Positions 36,165 to 45,279 of a DNA stretch of 64,000 nt are shown here, one piece after another (the first letter of the stretch is position 1; the number at the start of each line of letters is the position of its first letter). Below the pieces are notes generated by a model. It was not told the origin of the DNA. It searched no databases and saw nothing but the letters and a program-made list of their open reading frames with translations. This DNA is from a phage, in sequence record PZ386974.1; one strand, 5' to 3'. A program made the translations under genes and the position numbers.

Positions 36165-36699
36165 GGATTAAATTGTTAGTGAAATTAGGACTAACAACCA
36201 TAGTTTCATAAAGCGCATCAATAGCACTTAAAGCATCAACTCTTTTAAGCAAAGGCTTGCCTTCATACATAGTTTCAGAATCGATGATTAACGTAAAGTA
36301 ATATTTTTTATTATCGACTAGAACTTCTGTATCGATATAAAACATATTAGACCTCAGAAGCTTATCTCTAAAACCATAATAATCTTCTGAACGTTCACTG
36401 ATATATTCCAATTCGGTGTTTAAACAACAAACAGACCACGTAGGAGCGACGAAATCAGTGAATCTAATATCATGGTCTGCGACTAGTTTAGCAATAGCTC
36501 CGATATCATGAATCATAATACCTGGGGCTAATAAAGATTTTCGGCGATTTGCGTATTCAGTTGTCTCATAAGAAGCTGACCAGTACCATTTACGTCCAGT
36601 TGCAACATATCGTAATGAATCAACTAAAGACGTAGGTGGATTTACCTTATCTCGGAACTCTTCGAACATTGAGTCAATATCATTATTTTGGTTTCGCAT
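36103..36699 (-). CDS. Hypothetical protein
   Basis: Track ORF 36103..36720; ATG at 36699 (MRNQNNDIDSMF...). Confidence 0.5.
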   Translation of the reverse strand: MRNQNNDIDSMFEEFRDKVNPPTSLVDSLRYVATGRKWYWSASYETTEYANRRKSLLAPGIMIHDIGAIAKLVADHDIRFTDFVAPTWSVCCLNTELEYISERSEDYYGFRDKLLRSNMFYIDTEVLVDNKKYYFTLIIDSETMYEGKPLLKRVDALSAIDALYETMVVSPNFTNNLILEQFIMECREYVKANPIHAK

Positions 36700-36748
36700 G
36701 TTAACTCCTTTATTATCCAAAAGGAGGACCGGAGTCCTCCGTATTATT

Positions 36749-37342
36749 TTATTTCAAAGAGTTAATATATTCTTGTACATCAGCAGAAGTGGTTTCGACA
36801 CCGGCTGGAGTACCATTGAATGTTTCAACACGAGTCAGAGTGTCTTCGATATCAACCTTAGTCAGTGCAGCGATTTCAATTACATCATCGGCCGTAGAGA
36901 TACCAAGGGCATTGGCTGCTCGAGTTTCACGAATGTATTCGAGTTTGATTGCCAGATTCTGACGAGCATCATCAAGTTCAACCACCTTACGAGCAATTTC
37001 AATTCGCATAGCGGCATACCCGTCAGCTTTTGTATTAAGTTGTTCGGCAGTTCGACGATACAGAAGACCAAGCTTAGCATGCATGGTAACATCTTGTCCT
37101 TCAGCCAGGAGCTTACGAATTTCACGTTCCTTAGAAGCGGCTTGCTTATTCTTTTCGATAACAAGTTCGCGAATACGTTTTTCTTCATTAATAGATTTAA
37201 CAGAAGCCGTTTTTAGTTCTTTGATTTGGGTAATCAACTTATCTGCAGCTGCATTATACTGTTCTTCGACAGTCAGATTTTTAGCCATAGCAGTACCCAG
37301 TTTAGTGCGGATGAATTCAACAAGTTTCTTCAGTGTGTTCAT
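36749..37342 (-). CDS. Hypothetical coiled-coil protein
   Basis: Track ORF 36749..37357; ATG at 37342 ([10 protein letters not shown]...); helical heptad-rich sequence. Confidence 0.5.
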   Translation of the reverse strand: MNTLKKLVEFIRTKLGTAMAKNLTVEEQYNAAADKLITQIKELKTASVKSINEEKRIRELVIEKNKQAASKEREIRKLLAEGQDVTMHAKLGLLYRRTAEQLNTKADGYAAMRIEIARKVVELDDARQNLAIKLEYIRETRAANALGISTADDVIEIAALTKVDIEDTLTRVETFNGTPAGVETTSADVQEYINSLK

Positions 37343-37354
37343 ATTATTACCTTT

Positions 37355-37410
37355 CAATTGGTGGTTTATTATCCAACGAGAGCATTATACTCTGCTCTCA
37401 AGAGTTTGTA
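37355..37410 (-). promoter_or_regulatory. PeSL (TTTACA-N17-TATAAT with GAGAGCA/TGCTCTC arms), duplicate of the 7958 element
   Basis: ttatccaacgagagcattatactctgctc shared with 7965-7993; coordinates approximate. Confidence 0.5.
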
Positions 37411-37412
37411 AA

Positions 37413-37640
37413 TTATTTTTTAATCAAATTGACATAAAACTTGGCGTCTTCGGGGTGCATGCCTTCGCAGTATTCTTCAACCATGAACTTCTTAACAGCT
37501 TCATAAGGACCGCTAAGATTAAGCTCAGTTGTCCAGAACTTGGAATCTTGTACTGAATCGATACGAACTTCAGGGTGACGGTTGCGAATAACTTCTTCAG
37601 TGTATTCATAATCAACGACATCAATACTAACTTTAGCCAT
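37413..37640 (-). CDS. Hypothetical protein
   Basis: 75 aa ORF with ATG start. Confidence 0.5.
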   Translation of the reverse strand: MAKVSIDVVDYEYTEEVIRNRHPEVRIDSVQDSKFWTTELNLSGPYEAVKKFMVEEYCEGMHPEDAKFYVNLIKK

Positions 37641-37910
37641 TTTGTTTTCCTCTTGATTTGATAGGACTACTATAACATAAACTTACTTAGATGTAAATTA
37701 TTTCAACGTCACCTTTAGCTGCTTTATAACCTTCAGCCCAAGATACAACAGAGTTTTTATCTGAGGATTCAAATTCAGGCATTGGACTTTCACCAATATT
37801 CACACAGTATGTTTCTTCATTTTCATCGAACCAAATAATTAAAGTAGTCATTTTGTTTACTCCTCTGTAGTTGATAAGTCTATAGTATCACCATCCTTGG
37901 TGCTTGTACA

Positions 37911-38414
37911 TCATTTATTTTTAATTTTGCAAATTTTTTCTGCTTCAGCAATTGCAGCGTCAATGATGCTTTGTGCAATTTTATTACTAGTTGACCTGGC
38001 AATCACACTAAGAACAATTTCTTTTTCTTCACCACCCCAACCCCAAGTCCTTTGTTCGTGGGTACCTTTAACTACAGCTGAAACTTCAACAGAACGTCCA
38101 CCATCAGAAGTTTTAACATCTACAACCCAATCACCATCTTTCTCTTCTACCCTTGATTTATCCCAAGAAATACTAATATATGATTCGCTATCAATAGAAG
38201 TCGCCGGGTTTTTCTCTACCGTAAGACCTTCACTTTCCAGCCATTCAATAGTATTTGCGCATAAATCTGAAGAACACCTAATCGGAAACCGGCAAGATTT
38301 TTCACCTTTAGCTGCAGCGTTATACATCTTTTCTAAAATACGCTTTTGCACGTTTTTAAAAATAGTTTCAGCAGATTCTTCAGATTTTTTATTCAGTTCA
38401 GTGTAAAGACTCAT
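37911..38414 (-). CDS. Hypothetical protein
   Basis: 167 aa ORF with ATG start. Confidence 0.5.
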   Translation of the reverse strand: MSLYTELNKKSEESAETIFKNVQKRILEKMYNAAAKGEKSCRFPIRCSSDLCANTIEWLESEGLTVEKNPATSIDSESYISISWDKSRVEEKDGDWVVDVKTSDGGRSVEVSAVVKGTHEQRTWGWGGEEKEIVLSVIARSTSNKIAQSIIDAAIAEAEKICKIKNK

Positions 38415-38510
38415 AATATTCTCCCCATGTTTTGATAGGTCTATAGTAACACATCTAGGGAAGAAGTAAACATCTTTATGAAATATTTTTATGCCCTAGA
38501 TACCAAAAAG

Positions 38511-38532
38511 CCCCAACCGTAAGGAAGGGGCA
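38511..38532 (-). terminator. Terminator hairpin GCCCC-uu-CC-UUAC-GG-uu-GGGGC plus U-run, downstream of the IP-like gene
   Basis: Same stem as the 23665 and 39055 hairpins with a different loop. Confidence 0.55.
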
Positions 38533-38537
38533 TTCTA

Positions 38538-39002
38538 TTATTTAATTTGTTTAGCAGACCAGATACGGTCTTTAATAAGTTTTTGGATATCTTCAACATA
38601 CTCAAGGCTATGAGCGTGAGGATTATCTTTGAAGCTATGTGCTCGTGCCAGTTTCTGGCCTTCTGTTTTGATTACTAAAAGCTCTTTAAGAATTGCTTCA
38701 TACTTAGAAATAATTCCTTTGGCGATATTTTTTTCTTGAGCGGCTTTAGGGTCCGCTTTTGGTGCAGGTGCTTTACCTGTAGCTTTCTGGAACAATTCAC
38801 CTGATGCAGCTAGGCTTTTAAAAACTCGGCTAACAGTATTAGCATTAGTAAAACCTTCGGCTTTAAAATCTCTAATAAAACGGAAACGTTCTTCATCAGA
38901 GGCGTCTTTGTAAGAATATTTACCTGCTTGAATTGCTGCAATCGCAGCGGCTTTTACATCTGAACTAGATTGTTCAGTCAAAAATTCAGCGTATGATTTC
39001 AT
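38538..39002 (-). CDS. Internal-protein-like protein with capsid targeting sequence (MKSYAEFLTE)
   Basis: 154 aa, Lys/Ala-rich; N-terminal CTS-like decapeptide. Confidence 0.55.
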   Translation of the reverse strand: MKSYAEFLTEQSSSDVKAAAIAAIQAGKYSYKDASDEERFRFIRDFKAEGFTNANTVSRVFKSLAASGELFQKATGKAPAPKADPKAAQEKNIAKGIISKYEAILKELLVIKTEGQKLARAHSFKDNPHAHSLEYVEDIQKLIKDRIWSAKQIK

Positions 39003-39054
39003 GTTGCTTTTCCTAAGTTAATTAACTTATCTATTTATTATTATGCAAAAAAAA

Positions 39055-39076
39055 GCCCCAACCTTTCGGAAGGGGC
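39055..39076 (-). terminator. Terminator hairpin GCCCC-uu-CC-GAAA-GG-uu-GGGGC followed by a U8 run
   Basis: Closes the tRNA/small-RNA transcription unit on the minus strand. Confidence 0.6.
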
Positions 39077-39388
39077 TATGCCTTGCGGCAACCTTGTCGG
39101 GGTTCCACCTGCTAAGGCAAGTGTTTGTACGAAACGCCGGGATTCGAACCCGGTTATTAAGTAGTTGACGCTACTCAATATTTTTAAAAGGCCATATCTC
39201 GACCATATCCGAACGTTCCGTCAAAAACGCTACTCGGCTTACGGCAAAGATATTTCCTCGAATCGATAATTCGGTGCGCCGTTTCTGCTGTGATGTAAGG
39301 GGATATTAACAAATCGTAAAGATTTATTAAGACCAGTCCTTACTCAGGGAGCATCAGTCCGACGACTTACCGGTAGCGACCCGGCTTC
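39077..39388 (-). ncRNA. Candidate stable small RNA region (T4 rnaC/rnaD-like position), including a tRNA-like T-arm
   Basis: About 310 nt without ORFs between the tRNA-side ORF and the terminator; canonical CCGGG-TTCGAAT-CCCGG T-arm at about 39137-39153 but no full cloverleaf. Confidence 0.3.
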
Positions 39389-39733
39389 TTATTTTGACAT
39401 ATCATCAATTTGCTCTCGACGCCGACGCCATAGATTAATCACTTCATTAACACATTCGGCGTTTGATATATGACGGCAATAATATAATGATTCGCGTTTC
39501 TGGAACCGATGTTGCAATGGGATTTCGTTTAAAAGGTCTTTACGGTCAAAGTATTCAAAACTAGTTAACCCAGAACGGTTTTTAATGAACTTCCAATGAC
39601 CGAATTCATTTTGAACATAGATGTAATCTGCATGTTGGTATAACAAATTAATCAATCGGTCTGAAATAACTGTATCATGTTCGTTAAAATAAAACGTTAA
39701 ATCATGAACTACCAGATAAATATTGCCTTTCAT
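39389..39733 (-). CDS. Hypothetical protein adjacent to the tRNA genes
   Basis: Track ORF 39389..39781 begins at TTG inside tRNA-Arg; ATG at 39733 (MKGNIYLVVHDL...) has an upstream Shine-Dalgarno. Confidence 0.45.
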   Translation of the reverse strand: MKGNIYLVVHDLTFYFNEHDTVISDRLINLLYQHADYIYVQNEFGHWKFIKNRSGLTSFEYFDRKDLLNEIPLQHRFQKRESLYYCRHISNAECVNEVINLWRRRREQIDDMSK

Positions 39734-39751
39734 ATTTTCCTCACTTAAAAT

Positions 39752-39828
39752 TGGTCGAGACAGAAGGATTCTAACCTTCAACCTACGGATTAGAAGTCCG
39801 TTGCTCGATACAATTGAGCTATGCCTCG
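39752..39828 (-). tRNA. tRNA-Arg (anticodon UCU), CCA encoded
   Basis: Hand-folded cloverleaf: acceptor CGAGGCA/TGTCTCG, D-stem GCTC/GAGC, anticodon stem ACGGA/TCCGT with loop CUUCUAA, T-arm GAAGG-TTAGAAT-CCTTC. Confidence 0.75.
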
Positions 39829-39834
39829 AATATA

Positions 39835-39908
39835 TGACCCAGACCAGATTCGAACTGGTAACCTTTCCCTTATGAGGGGACTGCTGCTAACCATTGAGCT
39901 ACAGGGCC
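39835..39908 (-). tRNA. tRNA with CAU anticodon (Ile2-type as in T4, or Met)
   Basis: T-arm ACCAG-TTCGAAT-CTGGT, anticodon loop CUCAUAA, acceptor GGCCCTG/CTGGGTC with one mismatch; D-arm folds imperfectly by hand. Confidence 0.55.
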
Positions 39909-39987
39909 TAAATAACTTTCTATTATGAAAGGCACTTTAGAGTACCTTTGGTAATAGAGGGTATGAATTAATAATAACACATAATTC

Positions 39988-40503
39988 TTAAAGCAAATCA
40001 ATCATTTTAACAGTTGGCAAAACGATTTCTTCTTCAATATAAGCAAATTCGACACGTTCAACTACACGCAAGAAATCGTAATCATAGTATTCAGAAGCAT
40101 AGCCAAGAATATCAATAAGACCTTGAGATATCTCATCGCCTTTCACAAAGAACAGGTCGAATACGCGGGCTTCGTCTTCTTCAGATTTATTACCAAGGTC
40201 GACTTCAATATCAAAGACCTTTTTAATGAATTCCGGCTGGAGCTGGTCTGAAAACAGTCCTTCAACCAGATATTCGTAGATAATAAGCGAGCAATCACTG
40301 AATGGTGTATTACCACAGTAACGTTCAGCTTTAGTGCTGGAATGACGACTCTTAAATTTCTTCAAGAGATATTTAAACTGTTGGAGCTCATGTTCTTCCA
40401 CACCAAATAATGTTTTGGTTTTATAGTTGTCACCGTCATTTTCCCAAGTAGTGACATCAATTACGTAACCCTTAGGAATTGTACTGCCTAAACAAATATT
40501 CAT
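39988..40503 (-). CDS. Hypothetical protein
   Basis: 171 aa ORF with ATG start. Confidence 0.5.
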   Translation of the reverse strand: MNICLGSTIPKGYVIDVTTWENDGDNYKTKTLFGVEEHELQQFKYLLKKFKSRHSSTKAERYCGNTPFSDCSLIIYEYLVEGLFSDQLQPEFIKKVFDIEVDLGNKSEEDEARVFDLFFVKGDEISQGLIDILGYASEYYDYDFLRVVERVEFAYIEEEIVLPTVKMIDLL

Positions 40504-40507
40504 TTAC

Positions 40508-40798
40508 TCACCGTACCATATTAATGTAATTATATTCAATGCAACGTAATTTCAAAGGATTCTTGAAAATATCATATTCAAGAGGGCCTTGTTCTGTTTC
40601 AATAAAGAAATCAAAGTTAACTGTGTTAAATTTATCGTCTTCACAGAGTAATTTAACTTGCGAAGATGAACGGTCGATATAAACCTTTTCAACCTCAAAG
40701 TTAGTCAGAATACCGTAGTCATCGACTAGTGCTTTAGCTGCTCGTTGGTCGCTTTCATATCCGTTCTCGACAGATTTTACTTTAGCGTAAAGAATCAT
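40508..40798 (-). CDS. Hypothetical protein
   Basis: 96 aa ORF. Confidence 0.5.
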   Translation of the reverse strand: MILYAKVKSVENGYESDQRAAKALVDDYGILTNFEVEKVYIDRSSSQVKLLCEDDKFNTVNFDFFIETEQGPLEYDIFKNPLKLRCIEYNYINMVR

Positions 40799-41157
40799 GA
40801 ATGTTCCACCATTTCAAAGGTATGAGCATCAACAATATGATACCAGTCAAAATTTTCTTCTGCGTTTTTATAAATTTCGCGAAGAGCCTCAACAGTTTTT
40901 CCTGTAGCAACAAGGTCGTCAATACCACCAAGAGGATAACAGTCATAACCAGCAAACAGAAGGAAATTAATAGTTTCTGTAGGTTCTGGATGCAGAACTC
41001 CGTTATCGTCTACCACTTCAAAGAAAGTGTAAGAAGGAGTACAAGTTTTAATCCAGGTCCATGCTTGAGCTGCTGAATCAAATGGTCTGCGTATCAAACG
41101 ACAATCAGGGTCTTTAGAAGGATTTGCTTCAAAATCCGCATATACATGATATTTCAT
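40795..41157 (-). CDS. Hypothetical protein
   Basis: Track ORF 40795..41175; ATG (MKYHVYADF...) at 41157. Confidence 0.5.
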   Translation of the reverse strand: MKYHVYADFEANPSKDPDCRLIRRPFDSAAQAWTWIKTCTPSYTFFEVVDDNGVLHPEPTETINFLLFAGYDCYPLGGIDDLVATGKTVEALREIYKNAEENFDWYHIVDAHTFEMVEHS

Positions 41158-41158
41158 T

Positions 41159-41344
41159 TTACTCACCTTTTGCAATTTTATCCATAACGATAGCGATTAA
41201 ACCGATTAGAAATGCTACTACCAATGAGATAGAATTTTCTGATGTTGACAGTAGTCCGCAAATGAATCCTACAAACATCGAAAAACTAAAAGCCATTGAA
41301 GCAATTACTACAGCAACATTACGAATCAGTTCAGCGCGTTTCAT
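41159..41344 (-). CDS. Small hypothetical membrane protein
   Basis: Track ORF 41159..41365; second ATG (MKRAEL...) has the stronger GGAGA Shine-Dalgarno; single TM helix. Confidence 0.45.
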   Translation of the reverse strand: MKRAELIRNVAVVIASMAFSFSMFVGFICGLLSTSENSISLVVAFLIGLIAIVMDKIAKGE

Positions 41345-41369
41345 TTTATTTCTCCATTTACTCATTTGT

Positions 41370-41415
41370 TTTGATAGGACTACTATAACATAGTCCTATC
41401 AGCATGTAAACTACT
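41370..41415 (-). promoter_or_regulatory. PeSL: GTTTAC -35, inverted repeat GATAGGACTA/TAGTCCTATC with -10 TATAGT in the loop
   Basis: Plus strand gttttgataggactactataacatagtcctatcagcatgtaaac; same arms as the 23151 copy. Confidence 0.5.
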
Positions 41416-41702
41416 TATAGAAGAGTTTTTGCAATAATTTTAAGCTGAGCTACAGAAATATGCTTAGCTTTAAACAGTGCAGTCTCTTCAGCCGGAGAGA
41501 TAACAATAGTAGCGCCATCTTTCTTAGCAGACCATCCATCCCCTAAATAAACAGTACCTTTTACTTCTTCGCCGTCAACCAGACTAATCATTGGTTTACC
41601 CTCGCGTCCTTTATTTGCTTTAATAACTTCGGAAGTAAGGGTTGCTTCGGTCAGAGTAGAAACGTTAGCAACAGGTGATATAAATTCTTTATAGGTTTTC
41701 AT
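41415..41702 (-). CDS. ipI: Internal protein I (IPI), capsid-injected anti-restriction protein
   Basis: 95 aa; MKTYKEFI... CTS and ...GREGKPMISLVDGEEVKGTVYLGDGWSAKKDGATIVISPAEETALFKAKHIS... near-identical to T4 IPI as recalled. Confidence 0.9.
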   Translation of the reverse strand: MKTYKEFISPVANVSTLTEATLTSEVIKANKGREGKPMISLVDGEEVKGTVYLGDGWSAKKDGATIVISPAEETALFKAKHISVAQLKIIAKTLL

Positions 41703-41779
41703 TTTATTTCCTTGAGGTTGTTTATTTGATAGGATGATAGTAACACACCATCATCCTTATGTAAACTGTTTTGTGAAAA

Positions 41780-42465
<686 letters not shown>

Positions 42466-42469
42466 TTTA

Positions 42470-43204
42470 TTACCTTAAGATTGTTTCAATTTTAGAATAA
42501 AGCTCTTCTAAAGAGCCGTCGTTTGTAATAACTAAATCGCCTTCTTCAATAGGCAACCCAGCTTCTGTAATATGTTTATCGGTGGATTCCGTACCAGAGC
42601 GAACCACATGAATAACTGTAGCACCCATCGCTCTAGCGGTTTCCATTTCATGGACTTGACGTGTATCGGTTACGACATAGTAATCGAAATCACTTCCAAT
42701 ATAATCCATATAGTTTAATGCAAAAAGCTTAACCCAATACATACGGTCAAATAAATTAACGACAACATCCGTACCGAGGGCTTGCATAAGACGGCGGATT
42801 GACCATGTGTCGTTGATATTATTTATAGCTTCACGCAGGGCTTCATATGGTTTAATATCTAGATACGAATATCCACCTTCTAACGATGATAATACTTTAA
42901 CATTATTAATCGGTAAATATTGACTTTGTAAATAAATTAGCGCTTCTTCCATTAATTCAATAACATCCAACTTATTGATATTTAATGGCGTTTCACGGTC
43001 GTATCCAACACCTTCAAAGTATTCATATTTCAACTCAGTGAATACATCAGGGTTTTCAGCATGTTTACGTTCCCAGGCTATTGCTAGAGCGTCTTTAATC
43101 GGATAGGCCAATTGGTATTTTACGGATTTAAAGTTTGAATTGATGTAATCAGCAGTGGTGTCTTTACCACTACGTTTGATGCCGCTTAAAAAGATTAGCT
43201 CCAT
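42470..43204 (-). CDS. 1: Deoxynucleoside monophosphate kinase gp1
   Basis: 244 aa; MELIFLSGIKRSGKDTTADYI... P-loop kinase matching T4 gp1 as recalled. Confidence 0.9.
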   Translation of the reverse strand: MELIFLSGIKRSGKDTTADYINSNFKSVKYQLAYPIKDALAIAWERKHAENPDVFTELKYEYFEGVGYDRETPLNINKLDVIELMEEALIYLQSQYLPINNVKVLSSLEGGYSYLDIKPYEALREAINNINDTWSIRRLMQALGTDVVVNLFDRMYWVKLFALNYMDYIGSDFDYYVVTDTRQVHEMETARAMGATVIHVVRSGTESTDKHITEAGLPIEEGDLVITNDGSLEELYSKIETILR

Positions 43205-43257
43205 AGGTTTTCCTCATATAATTTATGAGTGATTATAACATACGGAGCTAGAAGCGA

Positions 43258-43842
43258 TTAACGCAAGGAAGGGTGTCTAGAAATGGATTTAGATTCGACC
43301 GCTTGACGTGGTTGTTGAGATACAATGACTTCACCATCTTTTTCTATCGTCATATACGCGTAGTGAATAGTTGCTACGCACGTAACGGCAGGGTCAGAGT
43401 CTTCGGTGTAACTAAATTCAATTTCACTCAAATCAGAAATCCATGGTTTATAGAAATTTGCCGTCAAAACTACTTCTGTCTTATTGTTGTTTAAAATGTG
43501 CAAAGTAACAAACTCAGGACCATCGGAGTGGGCCGTATTATGTCCGGTTATATAGTTATTAGTGCTGAGCATCCATTTATACATGTTCATCCAGGACGTC
43601 ATGTCTTCATCAACTATAAATCGTACAACAAAAGGGTCATATTCAAATGTGGTGCCTGCACGCATTGCACGTCCTAACCCCATTGTGCCTGTCACAGTTT
43701 CAACAACAGGAATTCTCACACCTGGCAATGGAGCCGTTTGGGCATTGAGCACAAAACCTGAAGTTCGTGTACTATCTGGGATATCCACAACAAAGTTTGT
43801 TATATTTGTTTGGTTAAAAATCTGTCTCGTTGGACGAGTCAT
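43258..43842 (-). CDS. 3: Tail completion and sheath stabiliser protein gp3
   Basis: Position between genes 1 and 2 as in T4; about 194 aa; start taken at the internal ATG (MTRPTRQ...). Confidence 0.7.
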   Translation of the reverse strand: MTRPTRQIFNQTNITNFVVDIPDSTRTSGFVLNAQTAPLPGVRIPVVETVTGTMGLGRAMRAGTTFEYDPFVVRFIVDEDMTSWMNMYKWMLSTNNYITGHNTAHSDGPEFVTLHILNNNKTEVVLTANFYKPWISDLSEIEFSYTEDSDPAVTCVATIHYAYMTIEKDGEVIVSQQPRQAVESKSISRHPSLR

Positions 43843-43944
43843 AAGCACCTCAAAAACGCTTTAATAAAAATGCAGTATAATGGTTTTAGGTCTCTTCCAT
43901 TAATCCGGTTCAACAGAATATCAGAAGAACGGAAGAGAATAGAA

Positions 43945-44766
43945 TTAAGATTTCCAAACAGTATTCGCAGAGAAACGTTTTCCTTTTGACATAAACTGCT
44001 GAGTAGGTAACATGATTATGTTAGCCCAGTCTTTAGGAGCTATTTCTGTTATTGTTCCTCTAATGTGGCCTGGCAGGTATGCTTTAATCATTTTGTCAGC
44101 ACCTTGAAATCCTTTCACCTTGCTCCAGTCTATCTTCAACTTTGTGTTATTAGTAATAGTAGTTGTGCTAGCATATTGCTTCAGCAATTCTTCAAGAAAC
44201 TGTTGGCGTGCTTTAGGTGGGATATAGTGCAAGTTTAACCCATACATCAAATTATGTTTACCTAATCCTAAATAAATAATCAAAGGATATCGGTCCCAGT
44301 ATGGCAGAGTATCTTTATGTTTAGCATCATACACGTAAGTATAAATTTTGCCTGGCGTAGGCTTGACTACTTTATGACCTTTTACACTTTTTTTAATTGT
44401 TTCAACAAACCACTTAGATGATTTGTTGTTTACTGCTGCGCCTTCATTTCTAATCTTTTCTCGTATTGAACTGCGAAACGAGTTTATCATCAGAAGTTGA
44501 CGTTCTTGCTTATTGAGTTTATTTTTAGGTTTAGATTCAAGCGTTTCAATTTTCTGTGCAGTCTTAATAGATGATGCATATCTAGACATTGCAGATGTAA
44601 ACGACGAGTATTTTATTCCTTTTGATTCTGCAAATGCTTTTGCAGTGATTCCTTTCTCTTTAGCTTTCTTGTATTCTAATCCTATCTCAATCCATTTTCT
44701 TTCATTCATAGACTGAGCAATCTTAGGGGCTTGTACGCCTTCAGATATAATTTGGAATATGCTCAT
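43945..44766 (-). CDS. 2: DNA end protector protein gp2
   Basis: 273 aa basic protein at the T4 gene 2 position and length. Confidence 0.8.
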   Translation of the reverse strand: MSIFQIISEGVQAPKIAQSMNERKWIEIGLEYKKAKEKGITAKAFAESKGIKYSSFTSAMSRYASSIKTAQKIETLESKPKNKLNKQERQLLMINSFRSSIREKIRNEGAAVNNKSSKWFVETIKKSVKGHKVVKPTPGKIYTYVYDAKHKDTLPYWDRYPLIIYLGLGKHNLMYGLNLHYIPPKARQQFLEELLKQYASTTTITNNTKLKIDWSKVKGFQGADKMIKAYLPGHIRGTITEIAPKDWANIIMLPTQQFMSKGKRFSANTVWKS

Positions 44767-44768
44767 AA

Positions 44769-45218
44769 TTACCCCTTGTATCCGAGTTTTCTAAGACCAT
44801 CTTCGGTTAGAACTCGAAATTTTATATTTCTCTTTTCAGCAACAGCTGAGGCAGCTTTCCATTTGTCACAGTTCACAGACCACGTGTAGATTTCATTCAT
44901 ATAACGTTTCTTTGCTGCAGTCGTAAGATTTGCAGGCTTAATAGGTGGTTGAGTTTCTTTCTTTGGTTTTATTTCTACAAAGAACTCTTGACCTGATGCA
45001 TCTTTCATCCATATGTCCATATAGTATCGACGTTTTTTACCTTCTGCGTTACAGAAATATGGAATTACTGCTGTTTCACTACCCCATGCAATAATTTCTG
45101 GATTTTTATCCAACCATTCGAAAAAGAATTTTTCCCAGTTTGAACGATACGTTATTTTGGTATGGTCTCCACGGTATTTTTTTAAATTTTTTGGGACCCA
45201 TTTACCAGAGTAGGCCAT
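44769..45218 (-). CDS. 4: Head completion protein gp4
   Basis: 149 aa at the T4 gene 4 position and length. Confidence 0.8.
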   Translation of the reverse strand: MAYSGKWVPKNLKKYRGDHTKITYRSNWEKFFFEWLDKNPEIIAWGSETAVIPYFCNAEGKKRRYYMDIWMKDASGQEFFVEIKPKKETQPPIKPANLTTAAKKRYMNEIYTWSVNCDKWKAASAVAEKRNIKFRVLTEDGLRKLGYKG

Positions 45219-45229
45219 GTTGTCCTCCT

Positions 45230-45237
45230 TATAAATA
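45230..45237 (+). promoter_or_regulatory. Late promoter TATAAATA (plus strand) upstream of gene 53
   Basis: Exact octamer in the divergent 4/53 intergenic region. Confidence 0.5.
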
Positions 45238-45244
45238 GTATTAT

Positions 45245-45252
45245 TATTTATA
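45245..45252 (-). promoter_or_regulatory. Late promoter TATAAATA (minus strand) upstream of gene 4
   Basis: Exact T4 late-promoter octamer about 27 nt upstream of the gene 4 ATG. Confidence 0.5.
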
Positions 45253-45279
45253 CCAATTTCATATTGGAAGGAGACTATC

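Noticed and set aside
39129-39222. Possible 94 nt tRNA built around the CCGGG-TTCGAAT-CCCGG T-arm
   Set aside because: An 8 bp acceptor-like pairing (ACGGAACG/CGTTTCGT) exists, but no acceptable D-arm or 7 nt anticodon loop could be folded by hand; reported only as a candidate small RNA region.
39389-39733. GIY-YIG homing endonuclease (segB-like) at the tRNA locus
   Set aside because: T4 carries segB near its tRNA genes, but this ORF has only a vague GNIYLV...YF resemblance to a GIY-YIG motif, and lacks the full motif and a DNA-binding C-terminus.
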